Shown here: piece after piece, positions 1-13,389 of the stretch
Position numbering within the stretch: the stretch's first letter is position 1
Layout: the number at the start of each line of letters is the position of its first letter
Assembly (NCBI GenBank): GCA_040954595.2
Contig: CM082577.2
Coordinates: 20,248,303 to 20,312,302, forward strand
Direction: 5' to 3'
From: Balanoglossus misakiensis
Taxonomy: Eukaryota > Animalia > Hemichordata
Length of the DNA stretch: 64,000 nt
Position numbers and translations under genes: made by a program
The notes under the pieces: model-generated
Databases searched by the model: none
Seen by the model: the letters and a program-made list of their open reading frames with translations, nothing else
Told to the model about the DNA's origin: nothing

Positions 1-294
1 GACCGATTAAAAAAGTTGCACTTGCTCATTATTGTTGAACTGTTTACTTTTCCAGTAGTTCGTAATTAAGCCAAGAACAGAAGAGATTGAGTGACATCTT
101 AAATTGTCCAGCTGCAGCCGGAAGCAAAGATTCAACACCAGTTAAAACTGAAAATAGTGACATCAAAGACCGTGAAAATTCCAGCAATGTGAAATCTAGT
201 GCGATTTACAACAATTGTATTTTCAATATTCATATATAGAAATTTGAATAAAGGTGTATAAACAGATGTCTAAATGTTACATTTTCTTTTTGTA

Positions 295-950
295 CAGTAG
301 AACGTCAATTATCCGAACACTTAGGGGGACATGATATTTGTTCGTATATGCGATCTTAGGGGGTCTGGGTAAATTGCCGGTCACACAAAATTGCACACGC
401 ATACATTCAGATATCATACACAAACAAATAACACAAAAACCCATCTGTCATATTCATTGCTTTATTTTTTCAGCAAATTTGAATATATTACAAAAAATAT
501 GGAAATTAAATATTGTGATACACTGTAAACACTAGTCTACTGATCATGACATGATATTTAACAGATCAAAATAAATATCAAGTTCGTGATCTTAACAAAA
601 ATACAAATGCACTAAGTTTTCAATCAATGAAAATGCAACTGGGCTGCTTTTCAAATCACTGTCTGGATCAACTCCGTTGAGCATCTAACCAAAGCAAACA
701 ATGCAAAAACATATTGGCAGCTTCACTGATGCTTGGAGATGATACGGCGGGTACGTTGTCCTCTTTGTCTTCGTCGTCTTCTGGCAAATCAAAATCTTTT
801 GTTGATGACTGTGGTGACTGCAAAATTTCTTTGTCGTTGAGTATGTGACAGCCGGGATCACCTTCAATGTTCAACCACTCAGACACCTGGTTGCGATCTC
901 ACTCTGTTAGGGAACTGATGACTTTCTCTACGACGGTATCTGGTTCGGTG
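295..950 (-). mobile_element. pogo/Tigger-type DNA transposon remnant (one TIR plus degenerate transposase C-terminus)
   Basis: TA|CAGTAGAACGTCAATTATCCGAACAC at 293-320 is a Tigger-like terminus. ORF 668-886(-) EWLNIEGDPGCHILNDKEIL...DDEDKED...SISEAANMFLHCLLWLDAQ resembles the acidic C-terminal tail of Tigger/Jerky transposases. Confidence 0.6.
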
Positions 951-959
951 TTCGCGACT

Positions 960-1340
960 TTGATACTGGTATATTTGTGTTATTGGGGAAATTTGTGCAA
1001 TTTTTCATCAACAATTATTTTCTTTCAAACTGCACTGATGTCAGATTGCTTTGAGCTTTGGTAGGCATGTTCCTTGTGGTGATTGAAGTAAGAAAGTGTA
1101 CAATTTTGGTGATGTTTGCATATTTGTGTTTTTGCCACATTTGAACAAATATTGATTTCTCTGAAACTGTTTGCTTTGAAAATAGGTACGAATATTCCTC
1201 TGGGTAACCCAAGTTTTTGTCTGATTGTGTTGGAATTTGGAATGCAAGTTCATAAGACATGTATGTGCAACTTTTATGAAATTCTGATGTTAGAAATGTT
1301 CAATATTTAGCAAGTATTTTTGTGATTATCTTTGATTTCC
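960..1340 (-). repeat. Interspersed repeat, near-identical inverted copy at ~8600-8960
   Basis: Spurious ORFs 1015-1260(-)/8682-8930(+) and 1116-1310(+)/8632-8826(-) are almost identical. Confidence 0.85.
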
Positions 1341-1504
1341 GACTTAGCTAGCTCGTGATGGCAACAATTTCCCAACAACTACTAGCATCAGTAAAGTCAT
1401 TGACTGGCGGGCTCAGGTTTGATCTACGTAAATTTCGGGCAGCGGAACCCCTCTCAAGTTGGGTAGTTATTGGGAAATTGTTGCCATCACGAGCTAGCTA
1501 AGTC
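1341..1504. mobile_element. Short palindromic MITE-like element
   Basis: GACTTAGCTAGCTCGTGATGGCAACAATTTCCCAA ... TTGGGAAATTGTTGCCATCACGAGCTAGCTAAGTC, a 35-bp perfect inverted repeat. Confidence 0.7.
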
Positions 1505-2097
1505 AGCTGCGTGTTACGGCTGTGTTGCTATCGGGCTATGCAGTTGAAGGCACAGTCAGTATAAGTAACACAAAGTCCTAAATCAAGCGTCGAAGCTGTC
1601 AGAGCAACCGGCCTCTCGCTGTCCTCTACACTTACAGTCACCCTTCCTCTATTGCCCACATTTTCCCTCAGTGTGTCACCCCTCCTATTAACCCCATCAC
1701 GCTCACTCATTACACACACTACCAGTCTTCCCATCCATACTGACATCTTCCCCCACATCGACATGGGTCAGAGCACAGTGCCCTTTGCGCAATCTTTATT
1801 TAACTAGCACTCCTGAGTGTGGGGTCAAATTGATCCCACAAAACTTTTAGTTTTGGAGGGTTGCAAATGAGCACAGTCAACTTGCCCTGCTAGCTGAATA
1901 TATATGTAACCAATGGATGACCATTGAACAAGTAAACATAAGTTGTGGTTTATTCTGTGATACCAATTCATCTAGCTAGTCTTGCAGAGACTAACCAACC
2001 ACTTATTGTACCACATCAGGATCAGATTAAGAAATAGGATAAGTCAGTTGAATTAGTCCAATTTTTCACAATGACATTTTTGTATTTGTATTGATAG

Positions 2098-2211
2098 GAT
2101 ATCACTGGCTGGGGAGAGAATGACCGAGGTGTGTCCTATACATTTGGAGGTGACATTATCAGACAATTTCTGAGGAAGCATGATTTCAGTCTTATAGTAA
2201 GAGCACATCAG
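2098..2211 (+). CDS. PPP1C: Ser/Thr protein phosphatase PP1 catalytic subunit-like, internal exon
   Basis: ag|GAT...CAG|gt, 114 bp. Translates [38 protein letters not shown] (PP1 WGENDRGVS and RAHQ motifs). Confidence 0.95.
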
Positions 2212-2381
2212 GTTGGTGAAAGTACATGTAACTTTTCACTTCATTTTGCAAGATGAGTCAGAAAATGTATTAGTAGGTCTGCTCATCATGACCACTGGAT
2301 GCATTTGAACATTTTCTCTTCTTATTGCTATTATATCATATAGTCTACCTATTTATGCATTTTCCTTTCAACAATTATCAG

Positions 2382-2525
2382 GTAGTAGAAGATGGGTATC
2401 AATTTTTTCAGAAGAGGAAACTGGTCACTCTTTTCAGTGCTCCAAATTATTGCGGAGAATTTGACAATGCAGGGGGAGTCATGAAAGTGTCAGCAGACCT
2501 TACATGTTGTTTCACTATATTACCT
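2382..2525 (+). CDS. PPP1C: PP1 catalytic subunit-like, penultimate exon
   Basis: ag|GTA...CCT|gtaag, 144 bp. Translates [48 protein letters not shown] (SAPNYC motif). Confidence 0.95.
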
Positions 2526-3033
2526 GTAAGTTCTTTTCTGTCTTGCTTCCATTTTCAATGAGTGCCAGAAAGAATGATTTTGTTGTATTTTTTGTTACTG
2601 GCATCTGAGAACTCCAGTCAGTTGAAAACTTTATTTGTTTATCTGCAGTGAGCCCATGCAGAAACTCTTTCTCCACCAGGGGTGCTGACTGCTGTTATTT
2701 CCTTGTATTTCAAAATTGTATGGACTGAGTACTACAAATGGCATGTGAAAACATGTATAGGTTTCACCTGTGTTTAAATTGCATTTAAATATGTCTTGTG
2801 AGTTCAAAATAGGCTGATTTCTTGGTATGTGCTCTTAGCTTTCAGATTTGTAGTGTATTCTGTGTGTTGGACTGTCCACATGAAAAATTGTTACATGCCT
2901 CTTGCATTAAACATCAAGGTCCCAAGTTTCAGCTATTGTCCCTCTTGAAATAGATGTGGTGTATGGTTATATATGTCCATGAATTGGTTGTCATATCTGT
3001 CTTTGCTTTTATTGATGTTGACTTTTTTTGCAG

Positions 3034-3072
3034 CCGGACAATCGAAGACTCATTGAAAACAAGAGAAAGTGA
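3034..3072 (+). CDS. PPP1C: PP1 catalytic subunit-like, probable terminal coding exon
   Basis: Polypyrimidine tract tttttttgcag| followed by phase-0 PDNRRLIENKRK*, resembling the PP1 P-x-x-K/R basic tail. Confidence 0.75.
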   Translation, partial: PDNRRLIENKRK

Positions 3073-3893
3073 GAAGACTAAAAAGTACTCCCAGGAGAGC
3101 TATTTACTATAGTTGCCTGGGCAAACAGCTTTGACTCTACTGTTAGCGGTTACTTCAATTGTTGACACTTTTCAAGAAACTGAATATGTTGTATCCTTGC
3201 TGCACAGATGTGTGTTGTATTTCAAACTTAAATGTTCTTTGTACTCAAAGTGTTTACAGTTTTCATATAATCCTTCAAAAGCAGCTAAGACAGGGTGTTT
3301 TCAGTGTATTTCACTCAGAATTTAGTTGAGAATTTATTGAGACAGTACTAAGTTTTTGAAACTGTAAAGTTAGTGTTGGATTTATTATGTATTTATTCTG
3401 TGTTAAATATTGCAATTGTTACCATTTATGTGATATTTTATCAATGCATCACTTGCTCACTTCATGTTACTGTGGCAGTTACATTTATCACACGTGTGGT
3501 ATTGATGTCAGGATGATCACTTAGTGAATTGTCAAAGTCAGTACATCATTTGAAAGTATTGCTGGTAATCACATCTTTTTATTTAAAATTGATAATTCAC
3601 TCATGTCACAAGTACTTTCCTTTGTCAAGCAACCATACATCAAGACTGCATGTACAATGTCAAGAGCTTGAAAACAATATTCATTATATTTGATCAAACT
3701 TCATTACGGTAGAAAACCCTTAACAAATCTTTTCTGTTGCAGGTGTAGAATATGCAATGTCTTTTGAAAACACAACAATTTTGCTCACCACACTGATTAA
3801 ACTTGAATTCAAAATGTGAATTAACCTTTGATATGCGTACATGAATACATTAAAAGTTGAACTACTGCTGTAGTGGTAATTGTACAATATTAA

Positions 3894-4238
3894 AGGGACA
3901 AAGTCTCTCTCATGCTGCCCTTTCCCCATTAATTATTTTTGATACAAGACACCATTCATGTTAATGTAAATGTGGATACATAGTGAATCAACTGTCAAAC
4001 ACACACAACTTCCATCTCACTTGTAGACACAAGAGTGACAAACTCGCCAAAATGAATAATCAGTCTCTACCATTTATTCATTTTGGCGAGTTTTTACTTT
4101 CGTGTCTACAAGCGGGATGGAAGTTGTGTGTGGTTGAACGTTGATTCACTATATATCCACATGTAGAATAACATAAACGGTGTCTTGTATCAAACATAAT
4201 TAATGGAAAAAGGGCAGCGAGAGAGAGACTTTGTCCCT
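3894..4238. mobile_element. Palindromic Kolobok-type MITE; partial copies at ~4660-4880, ~9140-9330, ~49555-49655
   Basis: TTAA|AGGGACAAAGTCTCTCTC ... GAGAGAGACTTTGTCCCT|GTAA with long inverted arms. Confidence 0.7.
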
Positions 4239-7200
4239 GTAATGGCATACTGAAGGGGATCAAAGTGCACAGTGGTTGCGATTGCTGCAAATCTTCCAAA
4301 TGCACACTATTGCGTATAGTTACTTAATCTTTCCATTCCATTGTCTTCTATGATTTTTTGACTCCTGGTATTTTGAGAATGTTTAAAACCATTCAACTCT
4401 CAATTTTCAACCAATTTAGCTATTTTTTGGTAGAATAATGCAAAACCCTGGGGAGAATATAGAAAAGAATGCTTTTCTAAAAAGATATTGCCATAAAACC
4501 CTTCAAAATTTCACAAGATAACACAGTGGACATTTGCCTTTGTAAATATCGTTTGTACATGGGTCAATAACAGAAGCCATGCTAGTAATAGTATGGATCT
4601 TGTGTGTTAAATTCTGCAATTTTGGAAAATTTGGCGCAGATTTGAAGGGGCTGAGACGTTTTAAAGGGACAAAGTCTCTCTCTCGCTGCCCTTTTCCACT
4701 TAATTATGTTTGATACAAGACACTATTTATGTTAATGTACATGTAGATATATAGTGATCAATCAACGTTCAACCTCAAACACCTTCCATCCCGCTTGTAG
4801 ACACGAGAATGAAAAAACTCAACAAAATGAATAATCGTTGTCTACCATAATATTCATTTTGGGCAAGTTTTTACTCCCGTTTCATAAAAATGGGGCATAA
4901 AACCTGCATGTTTTTTTTTTCAAATTGTATAGTTCTATATTCTTTCTAATGCAAAGAAAATCAAGAAAAATTTACATTTTAATTGAATTTGAAAATTCTC
5001 CTCAGCAACTGCAGTTTAATCCTTGGTACATGTATACCCTAATTGCATTTTTTAGTTAAATTGTAAATATAACTGAAGATAGCTTTTGAACCAATATATC
5101 TGCACTGCTGCTTGAGTCTTGAGTATGGCTGACAGAGGAAAGCGCTCTTAACTGACAAATTTAATATCAATTTGATCAATTTCAGTCATTTATTTTTAGC
5201 TCCCATGATGTAAGCAGTCTTGAATCTATGGGATGTCATTTTCTGTTTATGTGTGTGTATCTGTCCACCTACTGCGAACACTAAAGACCCATTTCAATTT
5301 ATCAAGTTGGTGGCGTAGGTAAACAATGATATGTCCATGAGATTTTGTTCAGTGATGTGCAAGCTTCAAAAATATGCAGATGAGCTATGATAGTCGAACA
5401 TCGAAAACTGTCTTGATTTAATAATTGTTTCAAATGTATCCCAGGTTAAGCCAATATGGCATTGTCCATTGATGATGATATCTATTTCAGTTAATCTTTT
5501 TCACATTTTTAGTTGAAAACAAAAATCTCAGAAATGTCCATTTGCTTTGAAATTTGCAGTGACCTTTAGGAACCGGTCCATATACACGTATGGTGAAAAT
5601 AGCAATATTGTAACTTTGTGCAATTTTGTTTTTGTGGTTTAAAAAATCAACATCTCAGAAATGGCTGGTCTGCTTTCTAAGTTACTTGAAGGCATAATTT
5701 TGAAACCCACAACCAAAGGGGAACCCTCAACACACAAATTTTACACGACACTTCAATTATGACAGGTTAGACCAGACTTCCAGTAGTTATAACTGTTGAT
5801 ATACGGCTAAGACAAGCTTGAGCTCTTATCTCTATGCTACGCGTATAAGGTGGGCTGCTTCATTCATTTTAAAAATCATCTAATTTCAGGGATTTGGGGA
5901 CGGGTTCTAATGGTTGTCAACAAACAAACGCGTGCAACGACCCCTTCACTTTAATTACACAATTTGTCTAAAAATAAGTCATAACAGGCTATGATACCTT
6001 TCATTAATGTAGATACTGACTGAAATTTAGTTTCCAGGTTTTTTTTCCACTACTATCCATTAAATTATGATAAATGTGGCAATACATGTATTGTTATTTG
6101 GACAGTTTTTTTGTAATTTTTTGTCTCTTAAACGGCTTGTTCTACTGCAGTGCAGTCAGTTTTGTAGGTTCCTAGTCAGAAATTAGGCAGTTTGAATATC
6201 TATACATCATACAGTTCATACTGGTTCTGATCAATTGGGAGCAATGTGTCATTGACAATCATCTTTGATGCCTTCAAGTTTATTGTCACATCATCTTTAG
6301 ATATGTTGAGATGGCAGTTCACTTTATATCAGTAATTTCAAAAAGGGCTTTATTTTACTTGTAACTTACTACATCATTTTTACACCTGTATGAAAAGTTG
6401 CAGTCATATCTCCGTCCAACACCGTGACAACCGCCACATCATGGTAACCGTATGAATCTTACCACTGAATGTCTGTCCATGTATTATGACAGTCAGTGCA
6501 GTGATTGTGTTCAGTTATCTCAATTGTTGATGAATTAAAAGTAACTTGTTTAAATTGTTTGTCACATGACAGTTACCCTTCATGTTTCTGTGTAGTCACC
6601 AAAAAAAAATAAAAAAAATATGAGCATGTCATTTCGGTGATGTCATTTTAATTATTATTGTCAATTCAATTGAAAAATAATTAAAATAAATACATTGATG
6701 GACTTTTACATTCTGTTAAGGAATTTATTATGATTGTAGCTAATGAACCTACTTTAATGTTTTTAATCTTTCAGATATGTTTCATTGACAGGTATTCAGT
6801 GACAATTTCATGACATTTTTCCTGTTTAAGTCATTAAAACTTCTGCAAAAAATCCTAGTGTTTATTTCATATATTTGAGTTTAGGCACACCATTTGTGCC
6901 AAAGGAACACAGGTGGCCTTTGTCACTACGTATTGCAGCCGATTTTCCAAGGAGTACTACTAGCAGTTTTGGGACCAGAAATAAGGCTTGTATAGGGTGT
7001 TTTGTTGAATTACACTCACTTTGTTTGCTGTTGCCGTTCAAATGTTCCTACCCCAGTCGTGGCGTTGCAACTGCACGATTAGTATGGGGGTTAGCCCACA
7101 GCTGTCCGTGGGGGTAATCAGCCACCCCCCACCCCCAACGGTACAGCTGCATACCACAGCTAGCCTTACACAAATGTAATCAATTCTCTAACACTTTTAC

Positions 7201-7323
7201 TGTGACTTGTTGCCACGTCTTATACATTTCGTTTGCCAGTGGAATATAGAGGTTCAGTCGTCATGCTGAACTGGCTCGAAACCATTCCCCACGCTGAATT
7301 GACTCTTGCATCTCGTGTGGTAA

Positions 7324-8135
7324 GGCTGCATTCACAAACACCTCTGGAGGGGGGGGGGCGGGAGAATTCAATTTTTTTTACCGCTAATTTTCACATGCCC
7401 CCCTTCCGAACTGCCAATATTTTCAAATCCCCCCCTTCCGAACTGCCAAAATTTTGAAATCCCCCCCCCCCATTTTCTTTCACAGAGCAAAACACATCAC
7501 CTATCTATCTTGTAAAAAGAAAAACAGCGCTCCCATGAAAAGAATTTGAAACTGATGTTTCCCCTCATCAGTGGGTATTAAAACTGAACATTGTTTTTAT
7601 TGTTTTTATTTTTTAAGTACATATATTTGTATTCTGTGTTGGGAGACATTGTACACCGACAATTGAAGGGGGTGGGTTTGGGAGGGGGTGTCCCCCTCCC
7701 ACGTAAGAAAATTTTCTAAAATACAGAGCTCAAAGCTGCATTTTAATGAACCCGGCAAAAGCAAATTAACTCAACTACCGGTATGTTGGGGAGGACAAAT
7801 TTAACCGTCGCCGCTCAAAGTTATCATGGGGTGGGGCAAGTCCCCTGACCTGGGACACTAGATAAACCAGTCAATGATTGAAAGGTGTTGATGAATGGAG
7901 GGGGTGGGTGTGGGAGGGGGTGTCCCCCTCCCACATTAGAAAATTTTGTAAATTAAAGGGTGCGAAACTGCATTTTTGTGGACTCAAAATAAATATTTAG
8001 TCGTTAAAGTTTTCAAGTCCCCCCCTTTCAGTCCCTAAATTATTTCAAATCCCCCCCCTTACATACCCTCAATTTTTTCAAATCCCCCCCTCAATTCTCC
8101 CGCCCCCCCCTCCAGAGGTGTTTGTGAATGCAGCC
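7324..8135. mobile_element. PIF/Harbinger-type MITE (family A)
   Basis: TAA|GGCTGCATTCACAAACACCTCTGGAGG ... CCTCCAGAGGTGTTTGTGAATGCAGCC|TAA. 3-bp TAA TSD; second copy at 40941-41710. Confidence 0.9.
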
Positions 8136-10971
8136 TAACAGCTACAAGGGGCCAGGTCATGTGATAATTGGGATACCTATCGTTCGCTATAAGGCACCTT
8201 TTGATTGGTTTTAGTTACTGGCCCAGTAAATCCCGAAGATTTCAACGGGAGCTCCAGTTGGAGTTGGTCAGATGTAGTGTGAGGCATTCCCCACATCTGA
8301 TTTTAATCAGATTGCAAGCAGATATCATATAACCATATATAAATTAACAAAAATATGGAAATGTAAAAAAATTAACTACGAACATGCCCAATCAAGTGTC
8401 ATGTGTCATATCAATCTTACAAGCAGTGCTAGAAAAACTGATTTTTGACCAAAAACTCTGTAAGAACACATATGAGTATGAAAAGCAACTTTTTCCAATC
8501 AGCCCTGGGACAGACAGACAGAGACATTTTCTGAGTGAGTCTCGGTATGGGCTGACCACTGTATTGGGTAACTTTCGAAACAAAAGGACAAGTGATTGGG
8601 GTAAAATCAAAGATAATTACAAAAACACTGGCTAAATATTGAAAATGTCTAAAAACAGAATTTCATAAAAGTTGCACATACATGTCTTATGAACTTGCAT
8701 TCCAAATTCCAACACAATCAGACAAAAACTTGGGTTACCCAGAGGAATATTCGTACCTATTTTCAAAGCAAACAGTTTCAGAGAAATCAATATTTGTTCA
8801 AATGTGGCAAAAACACAAATATGCAAACATCACCAAAATTGTACACTTTCTTACTTCAATCACCACAAGGAACATGCCTACCAAAGCTCAAAGCAATCTG
8901 ATATGCAGTTTGAAAGAAAATTATTTTTGATGAGAAATTATCCCAATAACACAAACAGGCCTACCAATTTCAAAGCAATCTGAGAGGCGGTTTTAGAGAA
9001 AACAATTTTTGACCAAAAAAGGAAAAAATTGCTACAAAATTATAAATATACAAATCAACAATTTGAACAAATCTATGGTAACTCAGATCATCTTTAGCTT
9101 TACACTAAATTTCGAAGAAGACGACATCTTTTTTCACTGTTAAAGGGAAAAAGTCTCTCTCGCTGAACTTTTCCAATTTATTATGTTTGATACAAGACAC
9201 TGTTTATGTTAATGTACATGATACATGGTATGTATAGTGAATCAACGCTCGACCACACACAACTTCCATCCCGTTTGTAGGATATAAGAGTAAAAATCTC
9301 ACCAAAATGAATAAATGGTAAACGCCGATTAGTTTCTGAGTTGTGACCAATTTCACATTTTCCCAGCTAATTTGCATATTTTGGCAACAACAACAACATT
9401 TGAACAAAATCCGATCTGTAGCCCTGTCTGCATACAACAAAACAAATATCGAGGTGATACGTGCAGTGGTTTCAAGTTTTTGATGTGGACAGACATCCAT
9501 ACATACAGATGCAACTAATTCCATAAGGTCCCATGGTGTATATATATACATAAACCAAATGAGACCTAAAAACCAGACCAAATATAAATTTTGCCACTGT
9601 GGGAATTTTTTTCAAATGAACCATTTTCCCTTTCTCAGAGGTTGCATTGAAAATCTAGTCTTTTCTTTGCTTCTTGCTTCTTCGCACCCAACATTCAATT
9701 GTTTTTCATTTCTATGTCAACTGCTGACATGCTTTCCATGGATGAATTGTTCACATTTTGTCTTGTTTATTCAGTGGCCTTTATCTGCAAAAGAATGAGA
9801 TTGACAATAAGGTGAATACATGTACATGACTACTTTAGATGATTGTTCTACAGACATAGCTGTGGCTCTACTACCAACTGTTGCACTACACAAGTTTCTT
9901 TTTATTAACCTTGCCTGCCATACACTGACTATCAAACCAGTCAGCAGAGGAAGACTGGTGTCCATAACAAAACAATATATTTTGATTTGCGTGCAGCTTT
10001 AGCAGATTACTTTATAAAATTAAATAAAGTAAACAACGTGACAAACATGAATGTCATGTGATTGCTATGTTGTACATTTTGACAGAACTTGCAGAAATTT
10101 CTATTACATTTTTGGTAGCATAAACAATCCTCAATTCAAAGTGTTCATGCCACTCGCAATACACAAAGCCATCAACTCATTGAATATACAACTACAGTTA
10201 CATACAGCATATTTATCAAAGTCAATGATATGCGAGTATGGGCTGCAAAAAGGGTGACTAAATCCAGTTTATAAAAAATCCCCTCATAGATGAAATAAAA
10301 TAACAGTAGTATGATAGGCAATGTAAAAAAATAATAATATGACAGAACTTCATGACCTCTGTGCGCGATCTGTGCAGTACAAAAGTTATTTTCATGTGTG
10401 GTAAGGTGTATTCTGCTGAGTATTTTTACGAGCAGAACCCCAAATCTATAGTTAATCCCTAAGGTCCCGAATTTCAGACCTCGAACCAGAAGTTTTTAGT
10501 GAAAACAACATGGCCAACCATTGCAGAAAGATCGGCGAGGTAAGTATTTTAAGCTATTTCTACAAATTTATGACAATTATTGTCACACAATATATCTCGT
10601 TCAGTGTAACTCAATCTGATTAAAATCAGATGTAGGGAACGGCCCTTGTTGACATGTTGGCACCCTCTAGCAATTAGTCAAAGGGGACCAGTGCCCCTTA
10701 AAATTATGTCAGTCAAAATCAAATGTACATGTTGAAGATATTACAGTCCCCCCTTGTCAGAGTGGAATCCCCTCAAATATTGTGGCAAAGGGGGAGATAT
10801 CCCCCCTCTTGATGGAATCCTGAATAAAACACTGTTCATGTACGGTCTGTTTTCTTTTATTTCCCCATGCAGGACTATCCCTTTCAGAAGATGAACCACT
10901 ACTTGGGAGTTGTAAGAGTGAGATGAGGGAAGAGTCAGTGCTATCATTGGTTCAAAGTTGTATCAATAAAT

Positions 10972-12185
10972 AAAAATCGCGTCAAGGACACATGGTCCCA
11001 TTGAGGGATTACACAAGAAAAAGTCTACACCGGAGTACATGGCCATATACAGACAGACAGACACACACACACACACACATAGAGAGATCAATGGGCAAAC
11101 ACTGACTGACCCATAAGCTGCCAATGGCATATGTACTGTACATACACTAAATAGAACAGGTGGTCTCTTAAAACAGGGCTTGCGTTTGATATTTTATTTT
11201 TTACGTGCAGTGCACGCAAAGAGCCAAAAAAAATTGTGTGAAATTGTATTTGAATTACGTGTAACAAAATAGCGATATACAAGCAGGCTTTCAGATAAAC
11301 ATCGACCTGAATGAGTTCTCCCTTCATGTCTAGACGGCCCAACACAAAAAACTCATTTACAATGTAGCGAATAAAGTACATAAACATCATGAAAGATCGT
11401 GTTGCAAGTGGTTCCCCCCCCCCATACGCATTAGTACAGACAAGGTAGCGAATTCGTGTGTTATATCATCAAGGAAAATGACCCAGAAGCCGTACTTGCT
11501 TTGTTATATCTAATGGCTTCTGCGTGCATAAATTATAGCGCTGACACATGCTAAGTTTGTGGCCTAGGTTACCGCACGTACATCACTGTGCGTCCTGCTA
11601 CAGCATACAAGCGCGCGTACACGTACATGTGTACAGGGTGCCCGACCGGCCAACCTTGACAAGGCGGCCAGATAGCCTCGCCCGTTCTGTTATCTTTCAA
11701 TGGATTTTTTTTGCGCGCATGTCATGCAACTGTGACAAAATATTTGCGCACACACATTGTAGTTTTGCGTGAAAACACAAGAAATATGCGTGAACGCGAG
11801 CCCTGTTAAAAGTTATGTAATCATGCAGGAATTTGCTGTGTATATACATCACAGGAGGGGGTTCCTGGACCTAATTACAAAGAACTCAATAAAGTAAATA
11901 CACACCACTTTGCAAAGCAATCTGACCAGTAGTTCTTGGGTTACCGAATTTTGACCAAATTCACATTTTCCCAGCTTATTTGCATATTTTTGGCAATCAC
12001 AACTTCATTTGAACAAACTCCCATCTACAGCCCAGCCTGCATCTGCACACCAAATTTCAAGGTGATTCACGCAGCGGTTTTCAAGTTTTTGATGTGGACG
12101 GACATGCAGACATACATCCATCCATCCATACAGACGCAACTGATCCCATAAGGTCCCATGGTACATACCAATGGGACCCAAAAAT
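10972..12185 (+). mobile_element. Helentron/DINE-1-like non-autonomous element
   Basis: 5' GGTCCCATTG, internal (CAGA)n(CA)n, 3' hairpin GGTCCCATGG..CCAATGGGACC, then an A-run. Homologous copies at 35856-36411, 39645-39945 and 9335-9571. Confidence 0.65.
11174..11805. mobile_element. TIR element (hAT-like CAGGG ends) nested in the Helentron-like element
   Basis: TTAAAA|CAGGGCTTGCGTT ... AACGCGAGCCCTG|TTAAAA. Absent from the homologous copy near 36060. Confidence 0.7.
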
Positions 12186-12576
12186 CTAAATATTTAATAT
12201 AATCAATTTTAAAAAAATGTGTGATCAACACACGTATGAATCCATGTCACAGTCACAGTTCACAAAAATGTGTAGTTCTATGATTTATAGATAGATTATG
12301 AACAGCCGCAGTCGTTTGTCTCTTTCGCTCCAGGGTCTATGATACTACATAAAGGTTAGGCTTCTAATTTACATATCAATCACTGACTCCCTTGGTAGTA
12401 ACAGTTGCACATGACCACCCAGGCCAGGCCTGCAACTAGTAAAACATGTGAAGCCATAGCAAGAGAGTGCATGCAGCCTCCAGCAATAAAATAGATTTGA
12501 AACGCCCTTGAATCCAGTCACCAATTTCAAGTTTGATTCACCAATTCAGTATCTGGCGAACTGCTTTCATATTTAC

Positions 12577-12656
12577 CTGCAGGTGCCTCTGCTGACACAG
12601 TAATAGGCATATTAGAGTAATTATCCCCATATCCATCCAACTTTGACATCAGTGAC
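12577..12656 (-). CDS. TFPT: TFPT (INO80 subunit F)-like, exon 3
   Basis: tag|G TCA... gives (K)SLMSKLDGYGDNYSNMPITVSAEAPA|gtaaat, matching TFPT RFLMRVLDSYGDDY. Phase agrees with the previous exon; the donor position is less certain. Confidence 0.8.
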
Positions 12657-12677
12657 CTACAGGATTCAATTATAAAT

Positions 12678-13380
12678 AAAATTAAAGCTGCAAGCAGCGT
12701 TAGTGGGGCCCAAGCCGACCCCACCAAATGCCAAGTAAGTGTGAACATAGGTTAGGGATCATCACAAGTTCATCAAATACTTGTCCATGTCCAAGAAAAA
12801 CCAGACTTCTAGCCCTCAAGGTTAGACATGGGAAAGTAGGTCAAAGGTCATCTGAGGTCACCCAAAATTTGGGCAAAAAATTGTGACCTCATACTGGTCC
12901 ATGTCCAACAAAAACCAAACCTCTAGCCCTATTTATGGAATTAGATATGTGCATAATTAATGAGGTAACATGTAAGACTCCATTAGGTGTTCAATCCCTC
13001 CAAATGCCAAGGCTCTATCCTGTTTGGGTGCCGAGATATTGGAAAGTAGGTCAAAGGTCACCTGAGGTCACCCAAAATTTAGGCAAGAAATTTTAACCCC
13101 ATACTGGTCCATGTCCAACAAAAACCAAACCTCTAGCCCTATTAGTTATCCTGTAATTAGGTATGCACATACAAAAGTGAAGTAGATGTCACAGGTGACC
13201 CCAAAATTTGATCATGTCCTGGCAGCAGTGGTATTCATGTGCACAAAAGTCATGATTGTGGTGCTTAAATTGCAAGACAACATATAACTTGGCATATGCA
13301 TGTATTATTAGGTTCTTAAAAAACTGGGTCAAAGGTCATGTGAAAATTGCCAAATTTTTTTAGACAAGTTCCGGCCATAT
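12678..13380. repeat. Interspersed repeat with ~210-bp internal tandem duplication
   Basis: GGAAAGTAGGTCAAAGGTCA...CCAAACCTCTAGCCCTAT occurs at ~12831 and ~13041. Confidence 0.6.
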
Positions 13381-13389
13381 GATGACTTA

